A model generated the notes under the pieces. That model did no database searches. It was not told the DNA's origin and was given only the letters and a program-made list of their open reading frames with translations. From the NCBI GenBank assembly GCA_051747805.1, contig JBNJGP010000010.1:1-44083 (forward strand): 44,083 bases of DNA, given 5' to 3'. A program made the position numbers and the translations under genes. Source of the DNA: Candidatus Muiribacteriota bacterium (lineage in GTDB: Bacteria; Muiribacteriota; Muiribacteriia; Muiribacteriales; Muiribacteriaceae). Position 1 is the stretch's first letter, and each line of letters opens with the position of its first letter. Positions 18,349-27,951 of the stretch are shown here, in pieces.

Positions 18349-19899
18349 ATGAAAAAATCTTTTATTGTATTTGTTTTATTTTTATTTGTTCTGTCATTAT
18401 ATTCTTTTGTACCGGGTGAAGGGGATAATTTTCTTTTAAACACACAGCGTACTGATGTTTACAGTGAAAATGCTTATTTAAATATTAATAATATTGTGCA
18501 GAATGATATTGACATTATCTGGAATCAAAATCAGGCGGTACCCACTACTTTTTTTGCCGAGGTTGAAAGAGAAAATAATGTTTTTGAAAAATTTTCTCGT
18601 TCGCTTCCTGAAAGTGTAAAATTAATAAAGAGAAAATCAGATTCTGAAAGAGTTATTTATGAAACATATAGTGGAATATACAGGGTTTTTCCCGGAAGAG
18701 TAAACAATGTTATTACAAATGAAAGGGAAATTTATGTAACAGGAACATTTGTTTTCAATGATAACGTTATAAATACGAGGGCTATTGATTTAAACTCAGC
18801 TTTTGAAAATGCTTTAGATTATCTAAGGACAGATGATTATAAAGTGATATCTGAAGAAAAGGTTCTTTTTAACACCCTTAATGGTTTAAAACATGCATAT
18901 AATTTTAAAATTCATTCTAAAAACCCTCTGGGGGATTTTCTTATAACAGTTGATGCAAATAATGGTGATATACTATACTGTGATAACTTTTTAGTTTATG
19001 AGGGCGAAACAGGCAGGGCTGCTGTATACGTTACTAATCCACTTAAATCTGATATTACGGAAGAAAAAATTAAAAATATTCAAAAGCCAGGGCAGCTTTA
19101 TGGTTACTTTTCAAATATAGTAAACGATGACTATGATAATGCGTATTCAGAAGGCAACAATTTTGTTTATGACGGGACCGATCCGAATTTTGATGATTCA
19201 ATGGTGTATTATCATATGGATTATATTCATTCATTTTTTACAGAAAATATGGGATACTCTGGTCTAGATAAATCCATGAGATCAATAGTTTATCATGGGG
19301 ATAAATATGATAACGCTTTCTTTTCACCTTGGGGCCAGTATTTTGGTTTTGGCGAAGGGGACAGTTTAAATATTCTATCAAGAGAAGCGGCAGTTATTTA
19401 CCATGAATACACCCATGCTGTAAGTTATCAGATAGCTTATCTTGGAAGTAGCGGCGAGGCTGGCGCGATGAATGAAGCTTTTTCTGATTATTTTGGAAAT
19501 TCTATTACAGATGATCCTGATATAGGCGAATGGGTTGTGGATAAAATGGACCGACCTTATTTAAGGTCAAGTATAAATGATGTCATGTATCCTGATGATA
19601 TGATTGATCAACAGCATCATGATTCACAGGTTTACTCGGCTTGTTTGTGGATGATGAGAGAGCAGTTTGGAACGGAAGTTACAGACGAAATGGTTCATTT
19701 TTCCAAGTTTAAAATTACAAATCAATCATCGTTTTTTGATGGAGTGTCTGCGCTTTTAAAAGTTGACCGCGATAGATTCAACGGCCAATATTCTGACCAA
19801 ATTCTTGAAATATTTGCCTCAAGAGGTATTACCTTAAACGGAAGTGAGTTTTCCGATAGAATGCGGGAAAAAATAAACTTTCAAAAAATTTACAAATAA
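18349..19899 (+). CDS. Secreted thermolysin-like zinc metalloprotease (M4/M36)
   Basis: Signal peptide; PepSY-like VDANNG; YDNAFF, HEYTH and GAMNEAFSD motifs. Confidence 0.9.
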   Translation: MKKSFIVFVLFLFVLSLYSFVPGEGDNFLLNTQRTDVYSENAYLNINNIVQNDIDIIWNQNQAVPTTFFAEVERENNVFEKFSRSLPESVKLIKRKSDSERVIYETYSGIYRVFPGRVNNVITNEREIYVTGTFVFNDNVINTRAIDLNSAFENALDYLRTDDYKVISEEKVLFNTLNGLKHAYNFKIHSKNPLGDFLITVDANNGDILYCDNFLVYEGETGRAAVYVTNPLKSDITEEKIKNIQKPGQLYGYFSNIVNDDYDNAYSEGNNFVYDGTDPNFDDSMVYYHMDYIHSFFTENMGYSGLDKSMRSIVYHGDKYDNAFFSPWGQYFGFGEGDSLNILSREAAVIYHEYTHAVSYQIAYLGSSGEAGAMNEAFSDYFGNSITDDPDIGEWVVDKMDRPYLRSSINDVMYPDDMIDQQHHDSQVYSACLWMMREQFGTEVTDEMVHFSKFKITNQSSFFDGVSALLKVDRDRFNGQYSDQILEIFASRGITLNGSEFSDRMREKINFQKIYK

Positions 19900-20009
19900 G
19901 GTTATCGGTCCTTTAAAAAGTTCTTGACAAAAAATATAATTTATCCTATCCTTTAATGCTACATCGCTTGAATATAATCAGAAAACATAAGTGTATAAGG
20001 AGGATAGCG

Positions 20010-20507
20010 ATGAAGAAAAGTATAACAGTTTTTACAATAGTTATTTCGGTAATTTTCTGGATGACAATCCCCGTAAACTCAGAAATTTTGACAAATGAAT
20101 TATCTTACAGACAACATTTTGCTGCGGATATTGTTGCTATGGACGAGGATTTTCTTGGTGAGTATATTGATATTCTTGAAGAAGATGAATTAATGTATTT
20201 TTTTCAGCTGGCAATTGAAATGGCCGTTGAAGTTGCGGGAGAAACTAAGTATATTGAATCAGAAGATGAAGCACTGATTTATATAGTCGAGAATGTAGAT
20301 GGCGAAAATGGAGTGAAGCAGAGGATTTTCAATCTTATTGAAAAATATCTAAACGATGAATATGAACCTGATTTTAACCGTGTTTTTGAAAAAAGAAACT
20401 CAAGAAACAAGGCAGATTTTAATATTGTTGAGTTTAGTGAACAAGTAGAAAGAATCAAGCTAAATATTGAAAAAATTAAAATGCAGAAATCTGTTTTTTA
20501 CAATTAA
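20010..20507 (+). CDS. Hypothetical acidic exported protein
   Basis: AGGAGG RBS before the ATG at 20010; signal-peptide-like N-terminus; upstream TTGACA-N17-TATCCT (19924-19952). Confidence 0.7.
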   Translation: MKKSITVFTIVISVIFWMTIPVNSEILTNELSYRQHFAADIVAMDEDFLGEYIDILEEDELMYFFQLAIEMAVEVAGETKYIESEDEALIYIVENVDGENGVKQRIFNLIEKYLNDEYEPDFNRVFEKRNSRNKADFNIVEFSEQVERIKLNIEKIKMQKSVFYN

Positions 20508-20531
20508 AAAAACTTTTGATATAATCCCCAT

Positions 20532-21524
20532 ATGAATTTTAGAATATTACATATGGGGAATATTTTTCTTGGTAAATTATTCAATGAATATCCCTCAATT
20601 GGAAAGAAACTCAGACAAAAACTCAGACAATCATTTGAAGAAAAATTAACTGATTTATTAAAACAATATGATATTGACGCAATTATCATTACAGGTAATC
20701 TGTTTGGTACAAATATGTTTTCTGAAAAAGATATTGATTTAGTGCTAAAGTGTTTTAAAAAATTTAATAAGGGAATATATATTATTCCCGGTAAAAGTGA
20801 TGAGTTTAACGAAGTATCAATTTATAATAAGATTAATTTTTCCGAAAATGTGCATGTTTTAAAAAATGATTATATTAGATTAGCAGATAAGAATTCAGAT
20901 GGGGTTTATATTCATTTATGTAATACTTTTGATTATTTAAAGGATTTTAAAAATGGTTTTAATATTCTATGTACTCCAGAATTTAATAATAATTTAACGG
21001 AATTTAATAAAGGCATAATTTTATGTAGTAACTTTGAAGAATTTCTTATCAAAGACAATATATACTCAGTGCCTCCTTTTGAAATGTTAGGGGATAGAGG
21101 GCAGCAAGAAGCGGGAGTTTATATTTTGGAAATTAAAAATGATGGGGTTGATTATACTAAAGTTAATAATTCGTCTTTTGAAAAAAAATATATAAAAATA
21201 AATATCTCTGATAAAGAAAAGAGAAGTATTGAGAATATATTAAAAGATTTTTATTCTTTAAATAATATATGTGAAATCATTTTTGAGGGTGAAATTAAAA
21301 ATAATAATATGCTGAAATATGTTCTGGATTTTGAAAGAAAAAATAAAGATAAATTTTTCTATTTGAATTTTATTGATAATACTGTTTTATCAGATGAATA
21401 TATTGAAAATATTCCGGAATATAGAGAGGAGAGGCTTTTTGCCCGGCATTTAAAAAACAGCAAAATTGCGGGCGGTGAAAAATCAATTAACCAATTATTA
21501 AAAAAAGGATTTTACTTTTATTAA
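20532..21524 (+). CDS. Mre11/SbcD (YhaO-like) metallophosphoesterase homolog with degenerate active site
   Basis: RILHMGNIFLG, AIIITGNLF and IIPGKSDE sit at the positions of motifs I-III; paired with a Rad50-like ATPase. Confidence 0.7.
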   Translation: MNFRILHMGNIFLGKLFNEYPSIGKKLRQKLRQSFEEKLTDLLKQYDIDAIIITGNLFGTNMFSEKDIDLVLKCFKKFNKGIYIIPGKSDEFNEVSIYNKINFSENVHVLKNDYIRLADKNSDGVYIHLCNTFDYLKDFKNGFNILCTPEFNNNLTEFNKGIILCSNFEEFLIKDNIYSVPPFEMLGDRGQQEAGVYILEIKNDGVDYTKVNNSSFEKKYIKINISDKEKRSIENILKDFYSLNNICEIIFEGEIKNNNMLKYVLDFERKNKDKFFYLNFIDNTVLSDEYIENIPEYREERLFARHLKNSKIAGGEKSINQLLKKGFYFY

Positions 21525-23581
21525 TGTATGTAAATAATCTTCAAATAAAAAATTATAGAAATTATAAGAATAAAAATATTAAATTTGAAAGGGGATTAAA
21601 TTTAATTAATGGTTTTAATGATTCTGGAAAATCCTCTATCTTTTCTGCTCTTCAGGAGCTGCTGCTTTTTGATTACAATGTTTATCGTAAAAATTTTCAT
21701 AACTTGAGTCTGCCATATTATCTTAAAGCCGAGATTTTTTTAAACAATAAAAAGATATGGCTTGAAAAAAATGCGGAAATCGGGGAATTTTATTTAATTA
21801 CGGATGATAAAAAGGTTGAAAAGGATAAGGCTTTTGATGTTTTCTGCAGTATGCTGAATATAAATATTAATCGTTCGGTTTTTGGGGCCCTTTATTTTTT
21901 TAAACAGCGTGACTGGATATACTATTTTGAAAAAGGGAAAAATATAAAAAGTATAAGTGAAATTATTAAACAATATATTTCGACGGGGGATTTAAAGGTA
22001 GAATCTGATATCACGGCTAAGTTAAAAAATGCTAAAAAGTATTGGCAGAGCCAAAAGGAAAAGCTATCAGAAAGTTTAGATAAGAGTCAGAAAGAGCTGA
22101 GCGTGGTTCAGTCTTTTGTTATTGAAAGAGAAACCGGACTTAATGTATTGGCTAAAAATAGAAGGAAGCTTAAAAAAATAAAAAAAAATATAGATAAAAA
22201 ATCTTTTATGTTTAAAGCAATTAAGGATTATTCTAAATTGAAGGAAGAGTTTGAAGATTTTTCCAGTGAGACTCAAAAGTTTAAGACTAAACTTCAAAAA
22301 ATTGAGAATCTTGAAAATAAAAAAGGGTATCTGCAAAAAAAAGTAGAAAATTTAAAGTTTTTTACCCTTGAAAAATTTGAAGAAATTTCAAGTATAAGTG
22401 GGCTGGTTCAGAATAAAAATAAGGACCTGCTTGAAAAAAAATATGACAATACAGTTAGTAATTTACTGGTTTATAAAAATTTATCAAATATTTTCGGTAT
22501 TCTGATGTTTTTATTCTCAGGACTTGGTTTTTTTATTTCTCCATATTTTTTCTTTTTTATTATAGGAGCAGGTATTTTATTTTTTCTTTCTTATTATTTT
22601 AAAGAAAAAATTTCCGAGCAACAGCATAAGGAACAGATGGATATACAGACAAATTACTCAAGAGATGTTCAATCTATTAATAATAAACTGACAAGAATTC
22701 TGGATTCGGCAAACGTTTCAAATGTTGATGAATATAAAGAAAAATATCATTCAAAAGAAGAGCTCCAAAAAAATCTTGAAAAGGTTAAAAATGAGCTGAA
22801 AAATCTTCTTGAGGACAGCAGCTTTGAAGAACTTCAGAAACATTATGATAATCTTCTTCATAGACAGGAAGATTTAAAATCAAAGTTAAGTGAATTAAAA
22901 AAGCAGAATCATGATAAAGATAAAGATATTGAAATAGAATTAATAAAATCAGAAATTGAAAACATGTATGAAAAAAAAGAAAAAGTTGAGGATAATATAA
23001 AAAAAATAAAATTAACTTTGAACAAAAATAAATACTTCTGCGAGGACTTTTTTGAGCTTGAAGAGAGGGTGAATTTTGAAAAAAAATCACTTCAGAAAGT
23101 TGAAGAGGAGATAGATTCTCTTAGTATGATAGAAGATTTTATTAAAAGGGCCCACATGGACCTTATGGAAAATGCCAATTCAATTTTAGATATGACAATT
23201 GATAAATATTTTATATATATCACGGCCTGGGAATATCAGGATGTAAAAGTCGAGTTTACAGATAAAAATAAACTGGAGTTCAGGGTTTATTCTAAAAAAA
23301 ATGATTCTTATATAAGTGATAAAATTCTCGGAGAATCAACTCTGGATCAACTTTACATTGCCTTCAGACTTGCAATGATAGAACTTATTGATGAGGACGG
23401 AATTTATCCGGTATTTCTTGATGAAACTTTCTCATATTTTGATTCAAAGAGATTGAAAAGCACCTGCAGGCTTTTTGAAAATATTGCCTCCAACCGCCAG
23501 GTTTGTTATTTTAATGGAAGTGAGTCGGTTTTAAACTACTATAAAGAGGCAGAAGAAAAAGTAAATATAATTAATCTGTAA
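21524..23581 (+). CDS. Rad50/SbcC-like (YhaN-type) coiled-coil ATPase with a central TM hairpin
   Basis: Walker A GFNDSGKSS; long coiled coils; hydrophobic hairpin; DQLYIAFRLA; Walker B VFLDE. Confidence 0.85.
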   Translation: MYVNNLQIKNYRNYKNKNIKFERGLNLINGFNDSGKSSIFSALQELLLFDYNVYRKNFHNLSLPYYLKAEIFLNNKKIWLEKNAEIGEFYLITDDKKVEKDKAFDVFCSMLNININRSVFGALYFFKQRDWIYYFEKGKNIKSISEIIKQYISTGDLKVESDITAKLKNAKKYWQSQKEKLSESLDKSQKELSVVQSFVIERETGLNVLAKNRRKLKKIKKNIDKKSFMFKAIKDYSKLKEEFEDFSSETQKFKTKLQKIENLENKKGYLQKKVENLKFFTLEKFEEISSISGLVQNKNKDLLEKKYDNTVSNLLVYKNLSNIFGILMFLFSGLGFFISPYFFFFIIGAGILFFLSYYFKEKISEQQHKEQMDIQTNYSRDVQSINNKLTRILDSANVSNVDEYKEKYHSKEELQKNLEKVKNELKNLLEDSSFEELQKHYDNLLHRQEDLKSKLSELKKQNHDKDKDIEIELIKSEIENMYEKKEKVEDNIKKIKLTLNKNKYFCEDFFELEERVNFEKKSLQKVEEEIDSLSMIEDFIKRAHMDLMENANSILDMTIDKYFIYITAWEYQDVKVEFTDKNKLEFRVYSKKNDSYISDKILGESTLDQLYIAFRLAMIELIDEDGIYPVFLDETFSYFDSKRLKSTCRLFENIASNRQVCYFNGSESVLNYYKEAEEKVNIINL

Positions 23582-23640
23582 AAAATATATCTAAAGCATA
23601 AAATATAAATTTAGAACTGCTATAGTTAAAGGAGTTTAAA

Positions 23641-24255
23641 ATGGATCACAAAACAGAAGTTGCCAGTATGCTTCTTCAAACAGAGGCTGTTAAACTATCT
23701 CCAAAAAAACCTTTCGAATTTGCTTCAGGTATTCTTTCTCCAATTTATTGTGATAATCGTGTTTTAATTTCTTATCCTGAAAAAAGAAAAAAAATAGTTA
23801 ATTTTTTTCTTGAGTTAATAAAAGAAAAAAAAATTAACTTCGATGTAATTGCCGGAACTGCAACAGCAGGCATACCTTATGCAGCATGGATATCAGATAA
23901 GCTTAATCTGCCCATGGTTTATGTGAGGGGAGAAAAAAAATCACATGGGAAAAAAAACAGGGTGGAAGGGTTTTTTAATAAAGGAGCCTCTATACTTCTT
24001 ATAGAAGACCTTGTATCTACAGGCGGAAGTTTAATATCTGCCGTTGATGCACTGCGTGAGCTAAACGGCGAAGTGAAAAATTGTTTTTCTATTTTTACTT
24101 ATGAAATGCAGAAGGCAGATAAAAATCTTGCCGAAAAAAATATACAACTGAACTCTTTAAGTGATTTTTCAACCCTTATTGAAGTTGCTGTCCAAAAAAA
24201 ATATATTCTTCCAGAACAAAAAGATACAGTTTTGAAATGGGCAGAGGAGAGATAA
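23641..24255 (+). CDS. pyrE: Orotate phosphoribosyltransferase
   Basis: ASGILSPIYCDNR, GTATAGIP and LIEDLVSTGGS motifs. Confidence 0.96.
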   Translation: MDHKTEVASMLLQTEAVKLSPKKPFEFASGILSPIYCDNRVLISYPEKRKKIVNFFLELIKEKKINFDVIAGTATAGIPYAAWISDKLNLPMVYVRGEKKSHGKKNRVEGFFNKGASILLIEDLVSTGGSLISAVDALRELNGEVKNCFSIFTYEMQKADKNLAEKNIQLNSLSDFSTLIEVAVQKKYILPEQKDTVLKWAEER

Positions 24256-24378
24256 TTTACTTTTTAGAATATTAAAAAAGTGATAGACAAAAATTCAATA
24301 ATCAATTAAAATATAATCATAGAAATCAAACTCAAAAAAAGAGAGTTTTTAATAGTTTATCTAAGCGGAGTATGAATA

Positions 24379-25692
24379 ATGATAATAAAATTTTCTAAAA
24401 CAATGCTGTTTTTGACTTTCTGCCTTGTTTTTACCGTGAATATTTTTTCAACTCAATTTTTTCAAAACAATCCTGTGTCAACAATCAGCGGAATGGAAGC
24501 ATATCCATTTGAGCGAATTGAACTTCTTGTTGATAATTCTTCAGAATTTTTTGCTCAAAAATATCATCCAGAAAATAAAATAAACCATTCAGCTTTACTT
24601 TCATTAACAGAAGGTGAAGGGACTCTGCATTCAGGTTATTTTTTTCTGCATTATTCTGAAGGCTGGGATAAAGAAACAGATAAAAATCCTGTTTTGTTAG
24701 TGCATGGTGCTGGGGATACTGCCTACCGTGGCTTTGCTCATCCTTTCGAAGAAGAAATAAAACCTGGTGAACATATTGAATATTTTGGTCTTGGTCTTGA
24801 ACTTCCTATGCATGATTATCCGACTTTTTCCATTACTTTTGCCCATCCGCATGGTTGTAATATTATGCAGGCCGAGCACATTGCAAATGCTGTTAAGCGT
24901 ATTCAAAAAGTTACTGGTAGAGAAAATGACCCTGATTTTAAAGTTGATTTAATTGCTCATTCAAAAGGTGGCGTTGCCTCCAGAGTTTATATGAGTGACC
25001 TTGGAAAATATTATGATGAATATTCCTGGATTACCCCCTATAGAAATGATATTGAAAGATTTTTTGCCGTTGCTGTTCCGTTAAATGGAGTTGATGCTCA
25101 ATACAGGTATTATGGTATGAATCTTATGGCTGTTGATAATAATATGCCCTCTCCTCTGGGTACTGATTCTATTTTATATTATGGCGTATGGAAAGACTTA
25201 AAAAATAATTATAAAATGTTTCCCGGCCAGGATCAGATTCTTAATGACCTTGTTAATGACCCCGATACTCCGGTAGGTTTTTCAAATTTATCCATGACTT
25301 CTGATATGAATTTTTCAAGAAATGTTTTATATAATGGGGGAACAAGTGCTTTTTTAACCTCCTCAGGCATTCAGCATGCAATAAAAAGAGGTGGGAATCT
25401 TATTCAGAAATTAAATAATCATGGAATTCATCCAGATATAGATATTCATGTGCTTGCGGGTAATGATAATCAGATTGATGATAATATTGAGTTCTGGTTT
25501 GATTTATTACCTGTAGGCGAAAAAATTGCACCTTCTGATATGCTTCTTTTTGTAAAAAGTGCTACTTATACAGATGGCCTTATAAAAAGAGGAGCCGAGG
25601 TAAAAACAAAAAAAGTTATCCCTTTTAATCATATGAATATTATTTTTCATAGAGAGGCAAAGGAAATAATTGTTGATTTACTGAATAATTAG
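24379..25692 (+). CDS. Secreted alpha/beta hydrolase (lipase/esterase-like)
   Basis: Signal peptide; PVLLVHG oxyanion motif; AHSKG nucleophile elbow; C-terminal Asp (SDML) and His (NHMN) candidates. Confidence 0.8.
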   Translation: MIIKFSKTMLFLTFCLVFTVNIFSTQFFQNNPVSTISGMEAYPFERIELLVDNSSEFFAQKYHPENKINHSALLSLTEGEGTLHSGYFFLHYSEGWDKETDKNPVLLVHGAGDTAYRGFAHPFEEEIKPGEHIEYFGLGLELPMHDYPTFSITFAHPHGCNIMQAEHIANAVKRIQKVTGRENDPDFKVDLIAHSKGGVASRVYMSDLGKYYDEYSWITPYRNDIERFFAVAVPLNGVDAQYRYYGMNLMAVDNNMPSPLGTDSILYYGVWKDLKNNYKMFPGQDQILNDLVNDPDTPVGFSNLSMTSDMNFSRNVLYNGGTSAFLTSSGIQHAIKRGGNLIQKLNNHGIHPDIDIHVLAGNDNQIDDNIEFWFDLLPVGEKIAPSDMLLFVKSATYTDGLIKRGAEVKTKKVIPFNHMNIIFHREAKEIIVDLLNN

Positions 25693-25707
25693 TATTATAA
25701 TATTTCT

Positions 25708-26277
25708 ATGCAGACAATACTGATTAAAAAATATGAAAACAGGCGTCTTTATAACACGACACATAAAAAGTACATTTCTCTTGAAGATATACGCCAGCTG
25801 GTGATTGATGGTTATGACATAACAGTTGTTGAAAAGAAAACTGGCAAAGATATCACCAAGCAGATTCTGTTTCAGGCTTTAATTGATATGTCGCCAGAAA
25901 AACTGGAAGCTTTTCCTATGGTGTTTCTTAAATTTCTAATAAAATCACCGGCCCCACTTTTAAACGATTATTTCAGAAATTTCTTTCTTAAACAACTTGA
26001 TATGTATATGAATAATCGTGAAAAACTTCTTGAAGGACTTAAATATATTCAGGGATCCTTTTTTTCAAATATGCAGAGTGGGATTTTTAACAATCCATTT
26101 ACTTCTATCTTTAATAAATCATTTAAAGAGGAAGAGGAAAGAAAAAAAACCAAAAAAAGTAAAAAAACAGAAAAAACTAATAAAAATGACGAATCTGAAT
26201 CTGATTTAAATGACCTTAAAAAAATGATGAAGAACATGGAGAAAAAAATTTCAGACCTTGAAAACAAGAAAAAGTAG
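25708..26277 (+). CDS. phaR: PHA synthesis regulator (PhaR-type DNA-binding repressor)
   Basis: N-terminal domain IKKYENRRLYNT...YISLEDI...KTGKDIT..IL.Q; adjacent to PHA synthases. Confidence 0.9.
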   Translation: MQTILIKKYENRRLYNTTHKKYISLEDIRQLVIDGYDITVVEKKTGKDITKQILFQALIDMSPEKLEAFPMVFLKFLIKSPAPLLNDYFRNFFLKQLDMYMNNREKLLEGLKYIQGSFFSNMQSGIFNNPFTSIFNKSFKEEEERKKTKKSKKTEKTNKNDESESDLNDLKKMMKNMEKKISDLENKKK

Positions 26278-26310
26278 TCTAATTTTCAAAATTCAAAACA
26301 TAACTCTTTT

Positions 26311-26424
26311 TGCATTGCGGTAACCGGTTTTTATTTTGCGTTGCAAAAAAGCGTTGACAAGCCGATAAACAATCTGTAATAATTAAATTATAAAAAAATG
26401 CGTCGCAATATATATTGCGTTGCA
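26311..26424 (+). promoter_or_regulatory. Promoter region with four TGC-N3-GCA boxes (putative PhaR operators)
   Basis: Boxes at 26311 (TGCATTGCG), 26337 (TGCGTTGCA), 26399 (TGCGTCGCA) and 26416 (TGCGTTGCA) flank TTGACA at 26354. Confidence 0.8.
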
Positions 26425-26440
26425 ATTAAAGGAGAGTTTT

Positions 26441-26803
26441 ATGGAAAATAATTTAATGAACGAATGGATTGAAAACTGGGAAGGTCAGATGACTGAATGG
26501 ATGGATTCGATGGTAAAAAGCGAGCAATTTATGAAGAATTTTATGCAGACTTATGAGCCTGTAATGGATAATGCGAAAAATTTAAATCAAATGCGTCAGA
26601 AATTTTATGAAACATTCGGATTGGTTTCAAGAGAGGACGTGGCTTTGATGACTCAAAAAATACAAAATCTTGAAATAAAACTTGCTGATGTTATTGAAAA
26701 ATTTGAAGATTCAGAAAATGATAAAAAAGAAATAATTGAGTCTCTAAATACAATAAAAAGTTATTTTGAAAAGGAAAAGAAAAAATCAAAATCAAAAAAG
26801 TAA
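26441..26803 (+). CDS. Small PHA synthase partner subunit (short PhaE / class IV PhaR-like), copy 1
   Basis: AGGAG RBS; W-rich helix, MVKSEQF, GLVSREDV and a coiled coil; immediately upstream of phaC. Confidence 0.7.
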   Translation: MENNLMNEWIENWEGQMTEWMDSMVKSEQFMKNFMQTYEPVMDNAKNLNQMRQKFYETFGLVSREDVALMTQKIQNLEIKLADVIEKFEDSENDKKEIIESLNTIKSYFEKEKKKSKSKK

Positions 26804-26820
26804 AATTGTGAGGTTTTAAA

Positions 26821-27918
26821 ATGGAAAAAAAACAAAGTGATGGTTTTATAGAAAAAATTAAAGAATTTGAAAATGCAGGGGTTGAACTTTCAAGAGAATG
26901 TGCTAACAGAATATACGGAGATATAACAGATTTAAAGCATTTCTGGGAAGGGAAAAAAACAAAAAAATATTATTCTCCTGAGTATGAGACACCTTCTAGC
27001 GTTATATATAGAGAAGGTGGAATGAGAATTTTAAAATATACAGATAATCCAGAATATGAAAACCCTGTATTAATAATTCCCTCTTTAATTAATAAGTATT
27101 ATATCCTTGATTTAATGGAAGAGGCTTCATTTGTTAAATTTCTTTCAGATTTAAAGGTTCCGGTTTATGTACTTGACTGGGGAGAAACAGATTTTTCGCA
27201 TAATAATCTCTCTTTGAATCATTATATTTTTAAATGGATTAATAGGGCCGTAAAAAAAGTTTTGAGAGATAATAATTCCAGAAGTTTATGTTTGATGGGA
27301 TATTGTATGGGTGCAACCCTTGCCTCAATTTATGCGTCAAAAAAACAGGATAAAGTAAATTCTTTTATTTCTCTTGCCGCTCCATATGATTTTACCGGCG
27401 AAGACCCGCTTTCTATAATGGCAAGGAGTATTGATGTTGAGAAGTTGACTTCAATATCAAATCAAATGAGCGCTGATATGATGCAGTCAGGAATATTAAT
27501 GGCTCAGCCAGCCTCCATATATCATAAATTAAAATCTCTCTATTCTAATGGAGGCAATAAAAAGAGAAATAAAACATTTTTTTATCTTGAAAGATGGTTA
27601 AACGACAATGTTGATTTTCCAGTTACAGCTTATAAAGACTATATTCAAGAATTTTATCATAAAAATTCGCTTGCCCAGGATAAACTACAGTTAGATGGTA
27701 AAAAAATTAGTCTTTCAAATTTAAAAGTTCCGGTTTTAAATGTTATTGCTAGAAGAGACGGAATTGTTCCTGAAAAAAGTGCGAAGTTTCTTAATGAAAA
27801 AATAAAATCAGAAAAAAAAGAGATTCTTGAAATTGATGCAGGGCATATTGGAATTATTATGGGAAGTAAGGCAAAAAAGGCATGGGAATCCATGTTTCGA
27901 TGGTATAAAGGAGTTTAA
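26821..27918 (+). CDS. phaC: PHA synthase catalytic subunit, class III/IV type, copy 1
   Basis: PSLINKYYILDL; GYCMG catalytic Cys; RDGIVP Asp; AGHIG His; 365 aa. Confidence 0.9.
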   Translation: MEKKQSDGFIEKIKEFENAGVELSRECANRIYGDITDLKHFWEGKKTKKYYSPEYETPSSVIYREGGMRILKYTDNPEYENPVLIIPSLINKYYILDLMEEASFVKFLSDLKVPVYVLDWGETDFSHNNLSLNHYIFKWINRAVKKVLRDNNSRSLCLMGYCMGATLASIYASKKQDKVNSFISLAAPYDFTGEDPLSIMARSIDVEKLTSISNQMSADMMQSGILMAQPASIYHKLKSLYSNGGNKKRNKTFFYLERWLNDNVDFPVTAYKDYIQEFYHKNSLAQDKLQLDGKKISLSNLKVPVLNVIARRDGIVPEKSAKFLNEKIKSEKKEILEIDAGHIGIIMGSKAKKAWESMFRWYKGV

Positions 27919-27951
27919 AATTATACTTAATTTTTATTATAGGAGTGTAAA

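Noticed and set aside
16436..19899. Flagellin plus downstream metalloprotease as a split flagellinolysin
   Set aside because: The protease has its own sigma70 promoter and Sec signal and is M4/M36-like; the flagellin has no HExxH
20532..23581. Assigning the Mre11/Rad50-like pair to a named defence system (Lamassu, Wadjet)
   Set aside because: No effector, kleisin or other diagnostic partner genes; the flanking genes are not defence-like
26361..26368. GCCGATAA as a sigma28 -10 box in the pha promoter
   Set aside because: No TAAA at the proper spacing; it lies within the spacer of a TTGACA promoter
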